This document shows positions 40,174-53,300 of a DNA stretch of 64,000 bases, piece by piece. Below the pieces are notes generated by a model, which worked only from the letters and a program-made list of their open reading frames with translations, did not search any database and was not told the origin of the DNA. The position numbers were made by a program, and so were the translations under genes. Location: contig FLMG01001010.1 of assembly GCA_900088475.1 (NCBI GenBank), forward strand, positions 238,959-302,958, written 5' to 3'. The DNA comes from Hyphochytrium catenoides (Eukaryota > Protista > Hyphochytriomycota). How positions within the stretch are numbered: the first letter of the stretch is position 1; every line of letters starts with the position of its first letter.

Positions 40174-40619
40174 TTATTGGCCACCACGGAGCTGCAATAC
40201 CATGTGGATGGTCCCGCCCGCCACTACGTTATAGTCTGCTAACGTCTTATCATCTGACCTGTGAAGCGGAAGTCAACAGTTAGAGAATGTAGAAGATGCT
40301 GAGCCAACATAATGGGCAGTGTTAAGATAGTTCGTACAGTTGCTTCCCGCTATAAATTAATCTAATTTGATCTACTTGGATGCCCTCTTTCTCCTGAAGG
40401 GCCTGCTTGACATGAAGGATCTAAGGACGGGCAGGGGTTAGGACACCCCTTCGTCACAATCGTTACTGACTCCAGTGCTTACCGTATTGTCTGGCTCAAA
40501 GTTAAAGCTTTGCTTTTTGATGCGAGACCAGTATGCCAGAGTCAGTCAACAATGAAAGGACGTACAAAGGCAGCTTAATGTACCTTTCTCCCTGTTAAGG
40601 TCTTTATCATTATCTGCAT
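40174..40619 (-). CDS. NEDD8: NEDD8/RUB1 ubiquitin-like modifier, 77 aa precursor
   Basis: Exons 40619-40584, 40512-40483, 40420-40338 and 40258-40174 (introns of 71, 62 and 79 nt) give [77 protein letters not shown]. Ubiquitin fold with LRGG; EKEGI and RLIYSGKQ are NEDD8-like. Confidence 0.9.
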
Positions 40620-41188
40620 CTTCCCAAATCAGTCTAGCGTCACCAGCTAGGTTTGAGGCTTCCCTTGTGGTTCCAGGTTCTTTCCCTTCAACGTACTAGT
40701 TTGGCAATAGAGATCCAGCGGAGGGGCAGAGTTGGGCTTTAGTTGTCCTGGGCAAGAGCTATTTTCAGACAGAGATTTCTCTGCGCCAGAGTTCGCCTCT
40801 GCAATCTCCGACGCCTGTGCTAGTACATGTGAACCTGCAAAAATGGAAGTGGCATGATGAGTCTGAAGATCATAGAGTCTCACGCATCGTCAAGAACTCT
40901 TCCAAACTCCATAACTCGATTGAGTTGCCTGAAAATCAATTAATAAATAACCAAATCAAATCCCTCGATCGGTTATCACATTTACGCGGGAACTAATATT
41001 AGATATAACGGGTTCTTTTTCAAAAATTTGCTCACAAAGAGAACCATTCTCCATCTGGAAGTGTTATTCGAGGAATAGAATAGGCCGAGGTGAGTCCCAG
41101 ACAGAGATTTATTGCCAAATTTAGCTCTGTTCAGCCTGCAACAAGGACACAAGGACTGAGTAAGGTTATAAGCCACCATTCTGTCAGT

Positions 41189-44073
41189 ATGAGCTACGGA
41201 GGTCGAACAAGTCTTGGGAGCAAGGCTCATGTTCCTCGTCCGAATCAACAACGTCAGACGTTCTCCTATCCGCGACTGAAAACACCAGAGATTCTTCAGT
41301 GCATGCACGAACTTCAGGTGCCTCTCACGGAAGAGGAACTAACCACAGCCAACAAGGATGCGTTAAGAAGAGTGTACGAAGCGTTTATTGAGCTGTGCAT
41401 GGGTGCGTTCCTGACTATTTGACCGCCATTTTATGACCAGCTCTGACTTATTGCAATACAGGGATCTCCAAGGAGGAACTTCAGCAGCCGGTCTTCTCAG
41501 GATTGGATGCCCTAAACTATCCACAACTTCATGAAGATTCTATACCTGAGATGAACTTCTTTAGAGCACTGTGAGTATCTCTTTAGGGCCAATTTGGGTG
41601 TTCTGAGCTGAGCTTGCCCAATGGCCAAGGACTCTTGACCTCTGCTTGAAAGGCCCGCCCCAAGTTTATAGAGAGCTCCGCTTACTCATGGGGTGCACTT
41701 CAGTGCTACGAGCTCCTTGATCTCTGTGATAAGCTGTTGCTATTCCTCTCCTTCTCTGAACGATTCCCATCAGTCCCTGACCCCGCTATGTCTTCATCGC
41801 AAGGCTGGCATCTCCCTTGTGTCTCTGGCTCAGTAATGTCTCCCCATGCACGTCCGTCTAACCCTTAGCCTTGCACTAGGTCAAAGATGATGAACGTTTG
41901 CGGCGTCCATGACTTTTCGCTCAAAGACTTCATCTCCCCTGACCCTGCGCGGTTACGACGACACCTGAGTGGCCTCATTAACTTTGCAAAGTTTCGTGAG
42001 GAGAGAATTGCCATGTATGAGAAGCTCAGTGCAACCACGGTAAGGCTCGGCACATGAAGATATTCTGGGTTGGCGTAAGGAAGATGAACCAATGTAGCAA
42101 CAAGAGGCATTTAGGAAAATGGTTGTGTCGGAGTTGGTGGGGAGTGTCTAGCTGTGAGTAAAGGACTTGACAACTTTTGCGACCCGAGAGCGATCTTACT
42201 TATTTGAACACTTGCCCCTTTGAATGGCCCTAGGAGAACCTCATGGATCAAAAGCAGAGGGCGGAGGACGAACAAGCAGAGCTTAAACGTCAAGTTGAGG
42301 CCTTAAGGTGAGGTGTGAGGCCCGCAAGACCTAAGAATGTTTTTGGTCACTAATCGTTGTGCTTTGTATAGAGCTGAAAAATTGGCAGAGGAACCTGCCT
42401 TAAAACAGCTAACCTCTGATTGCGGAGAACTGGAGGATGAGATCAATGAACTTAATAAGCGCCAGGCAGTGCTAAGGCACGAGACGGCAGAACTCAAAAC
42501 TAACAACAACGAGCTGCGAGACGCCATTGTGCGTAGTTATCTCTTTTTTTCCTCTTCCTATCCTCCATTGCCACATGTTGAAAGCCAGCAAGAGCTACCT
42601 ATCTCCGTATCCAGTATTTGCGCCTTTACCCCTCATCTCGGTCTGTCTTGGCAATGCAGGCGACCAAGCAATATGAGATTCTTACGGACCAAGAAAAAGT
42701 TAGGACGCTGAAGGGCCAGGTGGTCAGCAGTCCAGCCAAATTCAAAAGGGTGAGTCTCGACGTCCCTGAGGTCGATTGTTTCTGCGTTCTCCCTGTTGCT
42801 GATCGGATGTGATAACAGGAGATTGAAGATATCAAGGAAGACTTGGAGAACGAGAAGGGAGAGCTTGCTGACACAGAGCGAAGGTCCAGAGACCTGCAGT
42901 CGTATCTGGATGCCATCGGCCGAGCGGACAAGGTACGCTATCTCTGGCGGATCTAGACACGAAGCGTGCTGTCCGAATCCAGAAAGGAGAGACTAGCTAA
43001 GTGTACGAGCAACAAAGGGCAGGGGCCTAGGAGGTGACTCAATGGTGAAAGAACGTTGGGACAATCTGTGTGACTAATATAACGGCAACAAGAGAATATG
43101 GCAGCAGACCAGCGAGTTGAGAAGCTGAGGGTGTCGGTATCATTAGTGAGAGTTATGCATAGGAGAATTTAAAAGAAGGGCGCTTGCTTGTTATTTTGAA
43201 CTCATTCTCTGGGGTTGAAGGATGCGCAAAAGGGCATCAAATTCCTTTTGGAGCTGGAGGAAGAAATGATGAGATGCAAGACGGCAAAGCGGGACCTGAA
43301 GACGAAGAAGCAGCAGATCAGAGAGAGCAATGCAGCAGCAGAAGAGGCTGAGGCGCAGAAGCAGGTAAAAGAGAAATTGCAGAGATATCTTCCAGTTCCT
43401 ATCTCTTTTTTGCGATTCGTAGTTTGGTACTATCGATGACATGGACGAGGCTATGCCTTCAAGGCTGACCCTTTTTACTATTTGCTTTACTGCGAACTAA
43501 AGTTTCTTCTGTACCAGCGTCTGAACCGCCTATTGAAGCAAAAGCAAGAAAATCTCACCAGCCTAAGGAAGACAGCCGACCTAAAATCCGAAGCCTCAGA
43601 TCAGGTGCCGTTCATTGGATAGGCTCGACCGTTTCCTGCATGAGAATAGTTCCTTTCTCTGGTTGCGTTAGAAGTAGCGTCATTTTAGTTCAAAGTGCCC
43701 GTCAATTATTATTACCTTCTTCCTTGGGGTATCCTTCGCTTACCCTGATTGTAGCATCCTACCTTATGCTTCTTGAGTATTCGTTTTCTACTGCTCTCTT
43801 TACCTGCTATGGTGACTCTGACTTACCATCCTGAAGGCCATGGACGCAGCAAGATCGGAATTGGAAGCTGCAGAGGCTGATAGGATGCAGGCGTTGGCGT
43901 TGGTGGATGAGTCCCAGCAGGCCCTCGCCCTCCTCAGAAACAAGATTGCGGAGGAGGAGGGAGAACATCAGGAGGAGATGAGAGATATGATCAGGGTGTT
44001 CAAGACCATGGAAGGCGCGGTATCTGGCTACCATGAGGCTCTGCTTGCACGACTTCAAGCGTCTGCAGCCTAG
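41189..44073 (+). CDS. NUF2: Kinetochore protein Nuf2 (NDC80 complex)
   Basis: About 10 exons. TFSYPRLKTPEILQCMHEL...YPQLHEDSI...KMMNVCGVHDFSLKDFISPDPARLRRHLSGLINFAKFREER (Nuf2 CH domain), then VVSSPAKFK and a long coiled coil. Stop TAG 44071-44073. Confidence 0.95.
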
Positions 44074-44367
44074 ATTTCACCCATTCTGTCTCATTTCTGA
44101 AAACTCCCTTTACATTCTCTTCTTTCTCAGTTGCATCCAATACGCCGTGCCTACTTTGATGTACGTGCACAGGTGCTTATCTCCCTTCCCACAATCTTTA
44201 CGGTGAGAAGCTCAACTGAATGTACAAAATCTATTAACAAAGTTAGCGTCAACTTCTCTCCGCCCCTTCCCATCGTCTTGATAATTGGTGTACATGGGTA
44301 TTTACAAGGCATGAGTACCTCACCCCGCCACTTGTTACATTATCCAACGTCTCTCTGGTAGATTACA

Positions 44368-47300
44368 TTAGACCGCCCGCGCATACAGCACTTCCGAGAG
44401 GTCAAACGGTTTAGTGGGACCCATAAAGATCTCGGTGGACTGCGGGCTTAAGTTAGGAAAGCAAACGATAACAAAGAAGGGGCCGTGTTAGCATGCAGAG
44501 AGAGCAGACATGCGGGATGGGGAACTAGTACCTCTTCAGTAGCTTTTGCAGTCTCTCTACCCTTCGATCGTAGAGGGAGGGCAGTTCTTTTTGTTGATGG
44601 TCCGTGTTACATAGAATCAAGGGGCCGCAACAGTTCATAAGCGATATGTGATTGTCGCAACGCTTCGTAAAAGACTTATTTACCTGACTCTTGGAGAGCT
44701 AGAAGTGGCCAGAACCGCATTATCAGAGTGCGGAATGCGTTGTTTAGGAGTTTCTGGTCCTTTTTCTGGGTTTTAATAGGCGATCAGGGAGATCAATGAG
44801 TCAGCGCTGTCGGGATCCGTGTTCTAATGACCTCTTCTTATCAGAACAGACGACTAGTAGGCCGGGTAAGAAGGACTGAGGGATCTCTCAAGCACAGACA
44901 TCCATAAGACTGATCCTTGTCGAGGAGACCCGCAACAAAAGCTACATCAAGACAGGAGTGATCCTAGAAAGACCTCACCTGTGATCGGTTCATCGCTTTC
45001 AAGGCAGCTTGCCATTCGGCAGCTACAAGATCTGCCATAGCAGAATCCCGCATAAGGATCGGGAAGGCATTTAGGGTGGGATCACAAGTTACTGCAGAGG
45101 GTGGGGCAGCCGTATTAGACTCTGTACAGTCAACCTCACTGGCGACGTAGGTCAAGTCAACAACCGCATCAAGCCACATCATGTTCCAGGAGAGATAGAT
45201 CACGGAATGCGATGGGACGCCAAGTTGTCTGAATCCAATAAAAGTGCAGGTCCTTTCGCAGCCAGAGTTTTAGTATCTTACCAGCTGCTTTAGAAGCGTT
45301 GAGGGCACTCGTTAGATATAGGAAGTACTGGACCACCAATGGCGCAAGGTTGATTGCCATGACTATGTTTGGAGGGAAGAGCTTTGCCACATCTTGCTCC
45401 TACCAAGCAGATAGATAGAGGTGACGGATAAGAGCTCAATAGAGATATGCGATGCGGCATCCCTCATTTACCTCTGTACTTAGCTTACTCATCGGGATGA
45501 CCTTGATTGATAGCTTAGGGACAATCCGCTCGGCTTGACCCATGAGCTTGGACCAGGCACTGACCGATCTGTTGAACTAGGGGAGGCAAGCCTTAGCGAG
45601 AATGAAGACAGTATCTAGTTGATCCTGTCATTGACCAATCTGAATCTCCCCCTCATAGCGGTTGCTTTTTCAGAGAATAGCTTAGCCCCTGTCGGGAGCA
45701 TGTAAGCAACTGAACATGGCCTTCTCCAGATGAAGGCATGACAGAAGCGGATATTGGATGGTTTACCCTTTCCTTTGTGGCTCCTCTCAAGCTCATGGCT
45801 GTCTGCTATTAACCGCCGTTCATTTCTTTGATTCTACAAAGGTAGACATACCTTGTCTAACTCGATCTCGCTGAAAGGGCTGCCGCCGGAAAGCGTCTTC
45901 TCTACCCTTGTTATGTCCTTTTGTCCAACAATATCCTCTAGGTGAACCAGGCACCAGCCGCAGCCAACCTCCACAGCTGAAGGTCCGTCGTCTCCTATCT
46001 CTCCATCACTGCTAAGTGTCGCGTCATTGTCTGAACGTCCATCGTCTGCTGAATCAGGTGTGTCGTGGTCTTCTTCCAAATCGCTCCCGGTTTCATCCCT
46101 CTTTTCCCTTCTGCCACGAGCTCCATGGTTATCTTTACTACTTTTTGTTGAGTCAAGTTTCGAGTTCCTTGTAGCTTTCTTCCTCATTTCCCTTTTGCCA
46201 TTTAAACTCTTCGGAGCTTTCAGGTGTATTGAAAGCTCGAACAGCAGGGCGAGGTCGGAGATTGGTTGATCGGTACGCAGCTGGATAGAGCAACAGTCAG
46301 AGAGGGACAAGACAATCAAATCAAGCGGCATTGGCGAAACTAAGAACTCAACAAAGCAGAACATTTACGTAGTCCTGCTCTTTCTTACCACAAATTTCGC
46401 GAACTCAGTCTTCGCCTGGCCGCGCTCAAAGATCCAGATATCTGGCTGTTTCGGGTTCCAATCGCAGGCAACCGTGTGGACATTGCTGACAAAATTCTCA
46501 CTAGAGCCCACCTCTCCCTTCTTTGGCTTTTTCATCAGGCAAACGCGGACAGTACGGCGAAGAACATCCTTCTCTCTGTCTTTGTCAGGTACTGGAATGC
46601 CAGACGACGTTTTTAGCGAAACAACCATCGTGGGTGTCGAAGCAGGCAGGCCGGTTGACATAGGAAGAGCTGACGGTGTGGGAAGAGAGGTTTGGACGTT
46701 GGAAGGGGCCGTTGCGATAGGTGGGCTTCTGGCTTTCTGCAACTGCGCAGCAATAATTTCTTTCTTCTCAGGAGCATCTGGCAGCGAGTATATCTGTGAC
46801 GAAAGCTGGGCAATTACCTACATTACCATAAAAGGATGTATTTAGTGATGCTCTAAGGATGCCCTTCCCCTCATAATCGCGTCTTATATCTCTCGCTTCG
46901 ATTGGAAGCTATTCTGGCTCTCTTACCTGAGGGGAAAGAGAGAGGAGCGCTCCTTGCAAAGTATTGCGCCTAATTTTAGCTATAGGTCCAAGCACTGCGG
47001 GCCTGAACGAGGATGGAATCCCGGAGAAGAGGGCCAAGAAGCGCTTTGGGTCAGGTGGTGGACCCCTTGCTAGCTTTCTGAAAGCTCGTAAGGTCTTGCT
47101 TTTAGCGTGGCCCATGGGCATTTCTTTCGTCTGGCCAGAAGATTGTTGAGCCACCAAAGTGAACGCAAACCGGAGCGGGACAGGGCAAAGTAAGAGGGTG
47201 CCTGAGCCAGGAGAGCAGAAAAGTGACGAAGTACATTGCAAAACGAGGACTAACAAGGGGTAGACCATGAAAGATATTTCTTACATTGCTGATGGACTTC

Positions 47301-50300
47301 AGAAGTCGCAAGAACTCGGAGAAATCTATCACTTTGTCTTGATCCTCATCAAAGTCCTCAAATATAGCCCGGTATTCGTCATCACGCAGCTACACAGTGC
47401 AGCCAAATAAATGGCATTAAGATGGAATATAATGCTCACACCAAGTATCAGAGGCACGGAGCGAGACATGCACCAATCTAGAGCTTTCGATGTGTGAGGC
47501 TCACATCATAGAAAGGGACACCACGCAACTGGGGGTGAAGAATAGAGGGCACTGCGCTTCTGGATAAAGTTAACCGCCATTGTCCCGTCAAGATAGAGGG
47601 CATCGAGCCAGTTATTATCTTACCTTGACCTTGATCACCTTGTCGACTAAGTATTTGAACTCCGAAAGAGATAGCTTTCCAGACTTGTCGGTGTCTAACT
47701 CTTCAAACATAGCTAAGATCTCGGCCTCAGTGAGGCGCCCAAGAGACATCCTAAAAGAGTTATCAGGAGGATCAGTCAGTGGAACAGTCTGGCTATCGGA
47801 GTGACCAGGTTATGTGAGAAGGTGCCGAAATTTTGAGCAGAGTAACCGTAGAGCTACAAGTCCTCCTTTTCCTCTCACCTTTTCTCACATAGGCGAGGGG
47901 TTAGAACCCGTAAGAACTCTTCTACATCCACACTTTCACTTCCATCGACATCCATAGCTTTCATCAGCCTTTGCATTTCCTTACTGTCAGCCTCCTGACC
48001 AAGAGCTCGCAATATGGCTCCAAGCTCGCCTAGTTCTGAGGAGCACAGAGTTACGACCACGAAGCTATCCCCTACTTCTCTCTCTCGAGTATTCCTTGAC
48101 CCATCCTATCTCTCCATACGTGTCCCTTGTGAGATAATCTCTCAGCCTATAGCATATGCCCCTCTTACTCACCTATCACTCCGCTCCCATCAACGTCAAA
48201 GTAGTGAAAAGCCCGCCTAATGGCCTTCTTCAATGCCCTCTGGTACTCAATGTCAGACTCCGCTCCAGACAGCTCAGGATCAGAAATGTTGTTATTCTTT
48301 CCTCGGTTTCGTTTACTCCTATTCAGGCTCTCCTCTTCGCTATCCGAGAACCATTCTTCGTTTTTCCTTTTGGGCTTAATGAGTTTACTCTTGACGCCAC
48401 GGTCGTCGTTGGACGATAATTTCTTACCGTTCCCTGACACCTCTGCTTCCGATTCTTCCATGGAGTCCTCATCATTACCCCTGTCAAGTGCGTCACCTTC
48501 TCTCACTCCTGTCTTCTTCTTGTTCTTGCTATGCCTCTGCCGAAAGTATTCTGCTTGCCCCTCCTCTTCTAGTCCATTCCTTACAGCCCCCTTTTTCAAT
48601 GGCCGTCGTGACACAATTCCTAACTCTTCTCCGGCGTCTTGCTCTTGTGGTGACCTTCTAACTTTTCCTCCTTGGTCTTCCAGCAAGCGATAGTAGGCAA
48701 TCCGATCAGATCCAGCCCTATACAGACGAGCTATAGCTTTCAGCTCAGCCGAAGAGAGAGAGAATGACAAAGACTCTGCGGCTTGAGAAAATGCACGCTG
48801 GCTAAGGGATCCTTGCGCCCTCTTATCCGCCTTCCGAAACGCTTTCAAAGCCATCTTCCTGTGAAATGAGGAAAAGCGTAGATGCTCCAAAAAGCTCTCT
48901 CTCACTCTAACTCCTCCTTCTGTGGACTTGCAGTTAGCCTTGAGCCATCTTATGAAGTCACTATAGGATACTTCCTGCTCCTTAGTGTCGGGGTCAAATC
49001 GCTGCGCAACATGAGTCACATCTACTTCTTCCAAGGGACCTAATAGAGAATGAAGCACTAAAGAGAAGTTTTCTACGGAAACTCTTCCAGTTCTCTTTTT
49101 GTCATAGGCCTTGAAGCCCTCCCTTAGTTCCGAGAACTGGACTCCAAGATCGCTAAGTCTCTTGGTTAACTTCAACCCAATAACCCCGAGTTCGTCCCCA
49201 TCGGGCTCGCAAAGTGAAAAGTCCTTGAACTGAGCAAAACTTATGTCGCAGCTTGTGCCCACTTTGAAGCAGGACAAGAGGACCAGGAGCTCCTCGTTAG
49301 AGGCTTCGATATCCGCTCTTTGCAACATCTTAGAGAAGTTTCTGCGGCTAATTCTTAACTCGTCGTCGTCCGCCGTTACGCCTCCCGCCAGCACCTGGAA
49401 TGTGGAGAAGAGGGCGTCTTCGGTACTCTTCATGCCCTTTCTTTTGCTCCTTGTCTCCGCGAGAATGTGGTCCCGCAGCTTTTTCGCTTTCAATGTCAGT
49501 TCCATAGTAACGCGTTCCTCCCATTCCTTCCTAGCCTGTCCCGTACCGGACCCGTATACAGCTTCCAGAAACTTTATATAGTTGACTCCACGACTGTTCC
49601 CAAACAGTTCTGTCACCTTGTCCGCGTCTTCAGCAGTCAGCGCTGAGACCTTCCGTCGCAGGATAAGCGTAAACATCCTCCTGCTGAGAATGCCAGTCCT
49701 TGAATTTGCCGTATGTGAGGCGCGATGTAGAGCATCAGCCAAGTCGTCAAGCCTCTCTGGACGCAGAGAGCTAATCTCCAAGGGCATGACCTGAGGCTCG
49801 CCCATCTCATCGCTGTGGCTGCGCTTACGTCCACCTCTCTTGTTATGGCTAGATTCTTCTCGTGTGCTTGCGTCTGATTCGGAAATATCGCTTGTAGACG
49901 TGAACTTGGGTCTTCGTTTATCCTGTTTCTTTGTCTTATGGTGATCAGATGAAGACTCTTCACTGGAACCGCCTGTGTGTCCACCTTTTCTCTTGCTATC
50001 GCACCGAATATGGGCTGCCTTAACTCTTTTATCGCGCTTACCATTGTCGAAAAGCACCTCGTAGTAGCCATCGCCGTGGTCCTTCTTGATGGCTCCTCGG
50101 AGATAGGCTTCCCCACCGTTACACCTTGCCCGAATGACCATGCCCACTCTCCATTCCGCCTCACTGTGCTGTGCAGCTTCTCCCTCCGAATTTGACTGGG
50201 CACTGTCATCCCCGGGAGAGCAGAGCCAGATGTTCTTACGCGAAATGCCCATTTCCCGGCCACCGTCATCTAACGTTATGTCGTAGGTATTATCACCATT

Positions 50301-53300
50301 GTCCCTTCTGATAGAGCCTGTCCGATATTCAGAAGATTTTTTCCCCTTTACCTTTACCCGCATCCCTGTCTTCAGTCTCCTTGGGATGTTCTTACTATCC
50401 TCACGGTCATTTTTGGGCTCCCACGACTTGTTACCCGGTAAGGGCTTAGACGTGTCGCTGTCCGACTCTGCTGCCGGCTGGATGTTTCTTAGAGGTACCT
50501 CGTGATCCTTGTCACCATCCTCAAACGCTACGTCATAAGTCCCATCTCCGTTATCGCGCTTGATGATGCCAGGATAGTGCTTCTTGCTGTCTCTACAACG
50601 AGCGTTCACCTTCGAGCCTTTCTTCAGCTTCTTCTTGATGCAAGCTTCTCTCTCCGAAAGGTCATCACCGCTCTGCACCTTCTTGGACGGACTCTCGGAG
50701 CGCTCGGTGTCAGACCCCTTGTCAATCTTGATATTCTTCTTGGGTACTGCTCTATCTCTATCCCCACTTTCGAAGGCCACGTCATAGGTGCCATCATTGT
50801 GATCTCCTCTGATGGTGCCACGGTAGTATGTGGTACTGTTTCTACACTTGGCAAGTACCTCCACACCGCGGCTCAGTTTGTGATCCGACGGATTATCAGC
50901 ATTCCCATTCCGTAGCTTGATATTCTTTTTGGCTACCGATCTGTCCCTATCTCCATCGTCGAATCCTACATCAAATGTGGCATCACCATTAACTCGCTCG
51001 ATGGTGCCAGGATAGTGTTTGGCGCTATTGCGACACTTTGCCAGGACCTTCATTCCTGCCTTCAGCTTCATCTCATCATCTGTGGACTCTTCCTTCTTCG
51101 TCTTNNNNNNNNNNNNNNNNNNNNNNNNNNNNNNNNNNNNNNNNNNNNNNNNNNNNNNNNNNNNNNNNNNNNNNNNNNNNNNNNNNNNNNNNNNNNNNNN
51201 NNNNNNNNNNNNNNNNNNNNNNNNNNNNNNNNNNNNNNNNNNNNNNNNNNNNNNNNNNNNNNNNNNNNNNNNNNNNNNNNNNNCCCAGGATAGTGTTTGG
51301 TGCTATTGCGACACTTTGCCAGGACCTTCATTCCAGCCTTCAGCTTCACCTCATCACCCGTGGTCTCATCCTTCTTCGTCTTCTTGGTAGGACACTTGCC
51401 ACTATCATCACTTTCAACCCTAATATTCTTCCGAGGGACTGCTTGGTCTCTATCTCCGTCGTCAAAGGCGATATCGTAAGTACCATCTCCATGATCACGC
51501 TTGATGGTGCCAGGATAGTGTTTGGCGCTATTCTTGCATTTTGCCAGGACCTTCATTCCTGCCTTCAGCTTCACCTCATCGTCAGTTGTTTCATGCTTTT
51601 TATCCTTCTTGGTAGGAGATTTGCCACCATCATCACTTTCAACCTTGATGTTCTTCCGAGGAACTGCTTGGTCTCTATCTCCATCTTCGAAGGCGATATC
51701 GTAAGTACCGTCTCCATGGTCACGCTTGATGGTCCCAGGATAGTGTTTGGTGCTATTCTTGCATTTTGCCATGACCTTCATTCCTGCCTTCAGCTTCACC
51801 TCATCATCTGTGGTCTCATCCTTCTTCGTCTTCTTGGTAGGAGACTTGCCACCATCATCACTTTCAACCTTGATGTTCTTCCGAGGAACAGCTTGGTCTC
51901 TGTCTCCATCATCGAAGGCGATATCGTAAGTACCGTCTTCATGCTCACGCTTGATGGTGCCAGGATAGTGTTTGGTGCTATTGCGACACTTTGCCAGGAC
52001 CTCCATTCCTGCCTTCAGCCTCACCTCATCATCTGCGGTCTCATCCTTCTTCGTCTTCTTGATAGGAGACTTGCCACCATCATCACTTTCAACCTTAATA
52101 TTCTTCCGAGGAACAGCTTGGTCTCTGTCTCCGTCGTCAAAGGCGATATCGTAAGTACCATCTCCATGGTCACGCTTGATGGTGCCAGGATAGTGTTTGG
52201 TGCTATTCTTGCATTTTGCCAGGACCTTCATTCCTGCCTTCAGCTTCACCTCATCATCTGTGGTCTCATCCTTCTTCGTCTTCTTGATAGGAGACTTNNN
52301 NNNNNNNNNNNNNNNNNNNNNNNNNNNNNNNNNNNNNNNNNNNNNNNNNNNNNNNNNNNNNNNNNNNNNNNNTTGCCATGACCTTCATTCCTGCCTTCAG
52401 CTTCACCTCGTCGTCTGTGGTCTCTTCCTTCTTCGTCTTCTTGATAGGAGACTTGCCACTATCATCACTTTCAACCTTAATATTCTTCCGAGGGACTGCT
52501 TGGTCTCTATCTCCATCATCAAAGGCAATATCGTAAGTACCGTCTTCATGGTCACGCTTGATGGTGCCAGGATAGTGTTTGGCACTATTCTTGCATTTTG
52601 CCATGACCCTCATTCCTGCCTTCAGCTTCACCTCGTCATCTGTGGTCTCATCCTTCTTCGCCTTCTTGATAGGAGACGTGTCACCATCATCGCTTTCAAC
52701 CTTAATATTCTTCCGAGGGACTGCTTGGTCTCTATCTCCGTCGTCAAAGGCGATATCGTAAGTACCGTCTTCATGGTCACGCTTGATGGTGCCAGGATAG
52801 TGTTTGGCGCTATTGCGACACTTTGCCAGGACCTTCATTCCTGCGTTCAGCTTCACCTCATCATCTGCGGTCTCATCCTTCTTCGTCTTCTTGGTAGGAG
52901 ACTTGCCACTATCATCACTTTCGACCTTGATGTTCTTCCGAGGAACAGCTTGGTCTCTATCTCCATCATCGAAGGCGATATCAAAAGTACCNNNNNNNNN
53001 NNNNNNNNNNNNNNNNNNNNNNNNNNNNNNNNNNNNNNNNNNNNNNNNNNNNNNNNNNNNNNNNNNNNNNNNNNNNNNNNNNNNNNNNNNNNNNNNNNNN
53101 NNNNNNNNNNNNNNNNNNNNNNNNNNNNNNNNNNNNNNNNNNNNNNNNNNNNNNNGGTCTCTGTCTCCGTCGTCAAAGGCGATATCGTAAGTACCGTCTC
53201 CATGGTCACGCTTGATGGTCCCAGGATAGTGTTTGGCGCTATTTTTGCATTTTGCCATAACCTTCATTCCTGCCTTCAGTTTCACCTCATCGTCTGTGGT

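Noticed and set aside
51068-52372. Frameshifts between the three Tudor-repeat ORFs (programmed frameshift or pseudogene)
   Set aside because: Both frame changes coincide exactly with N-gaps of estimated length.
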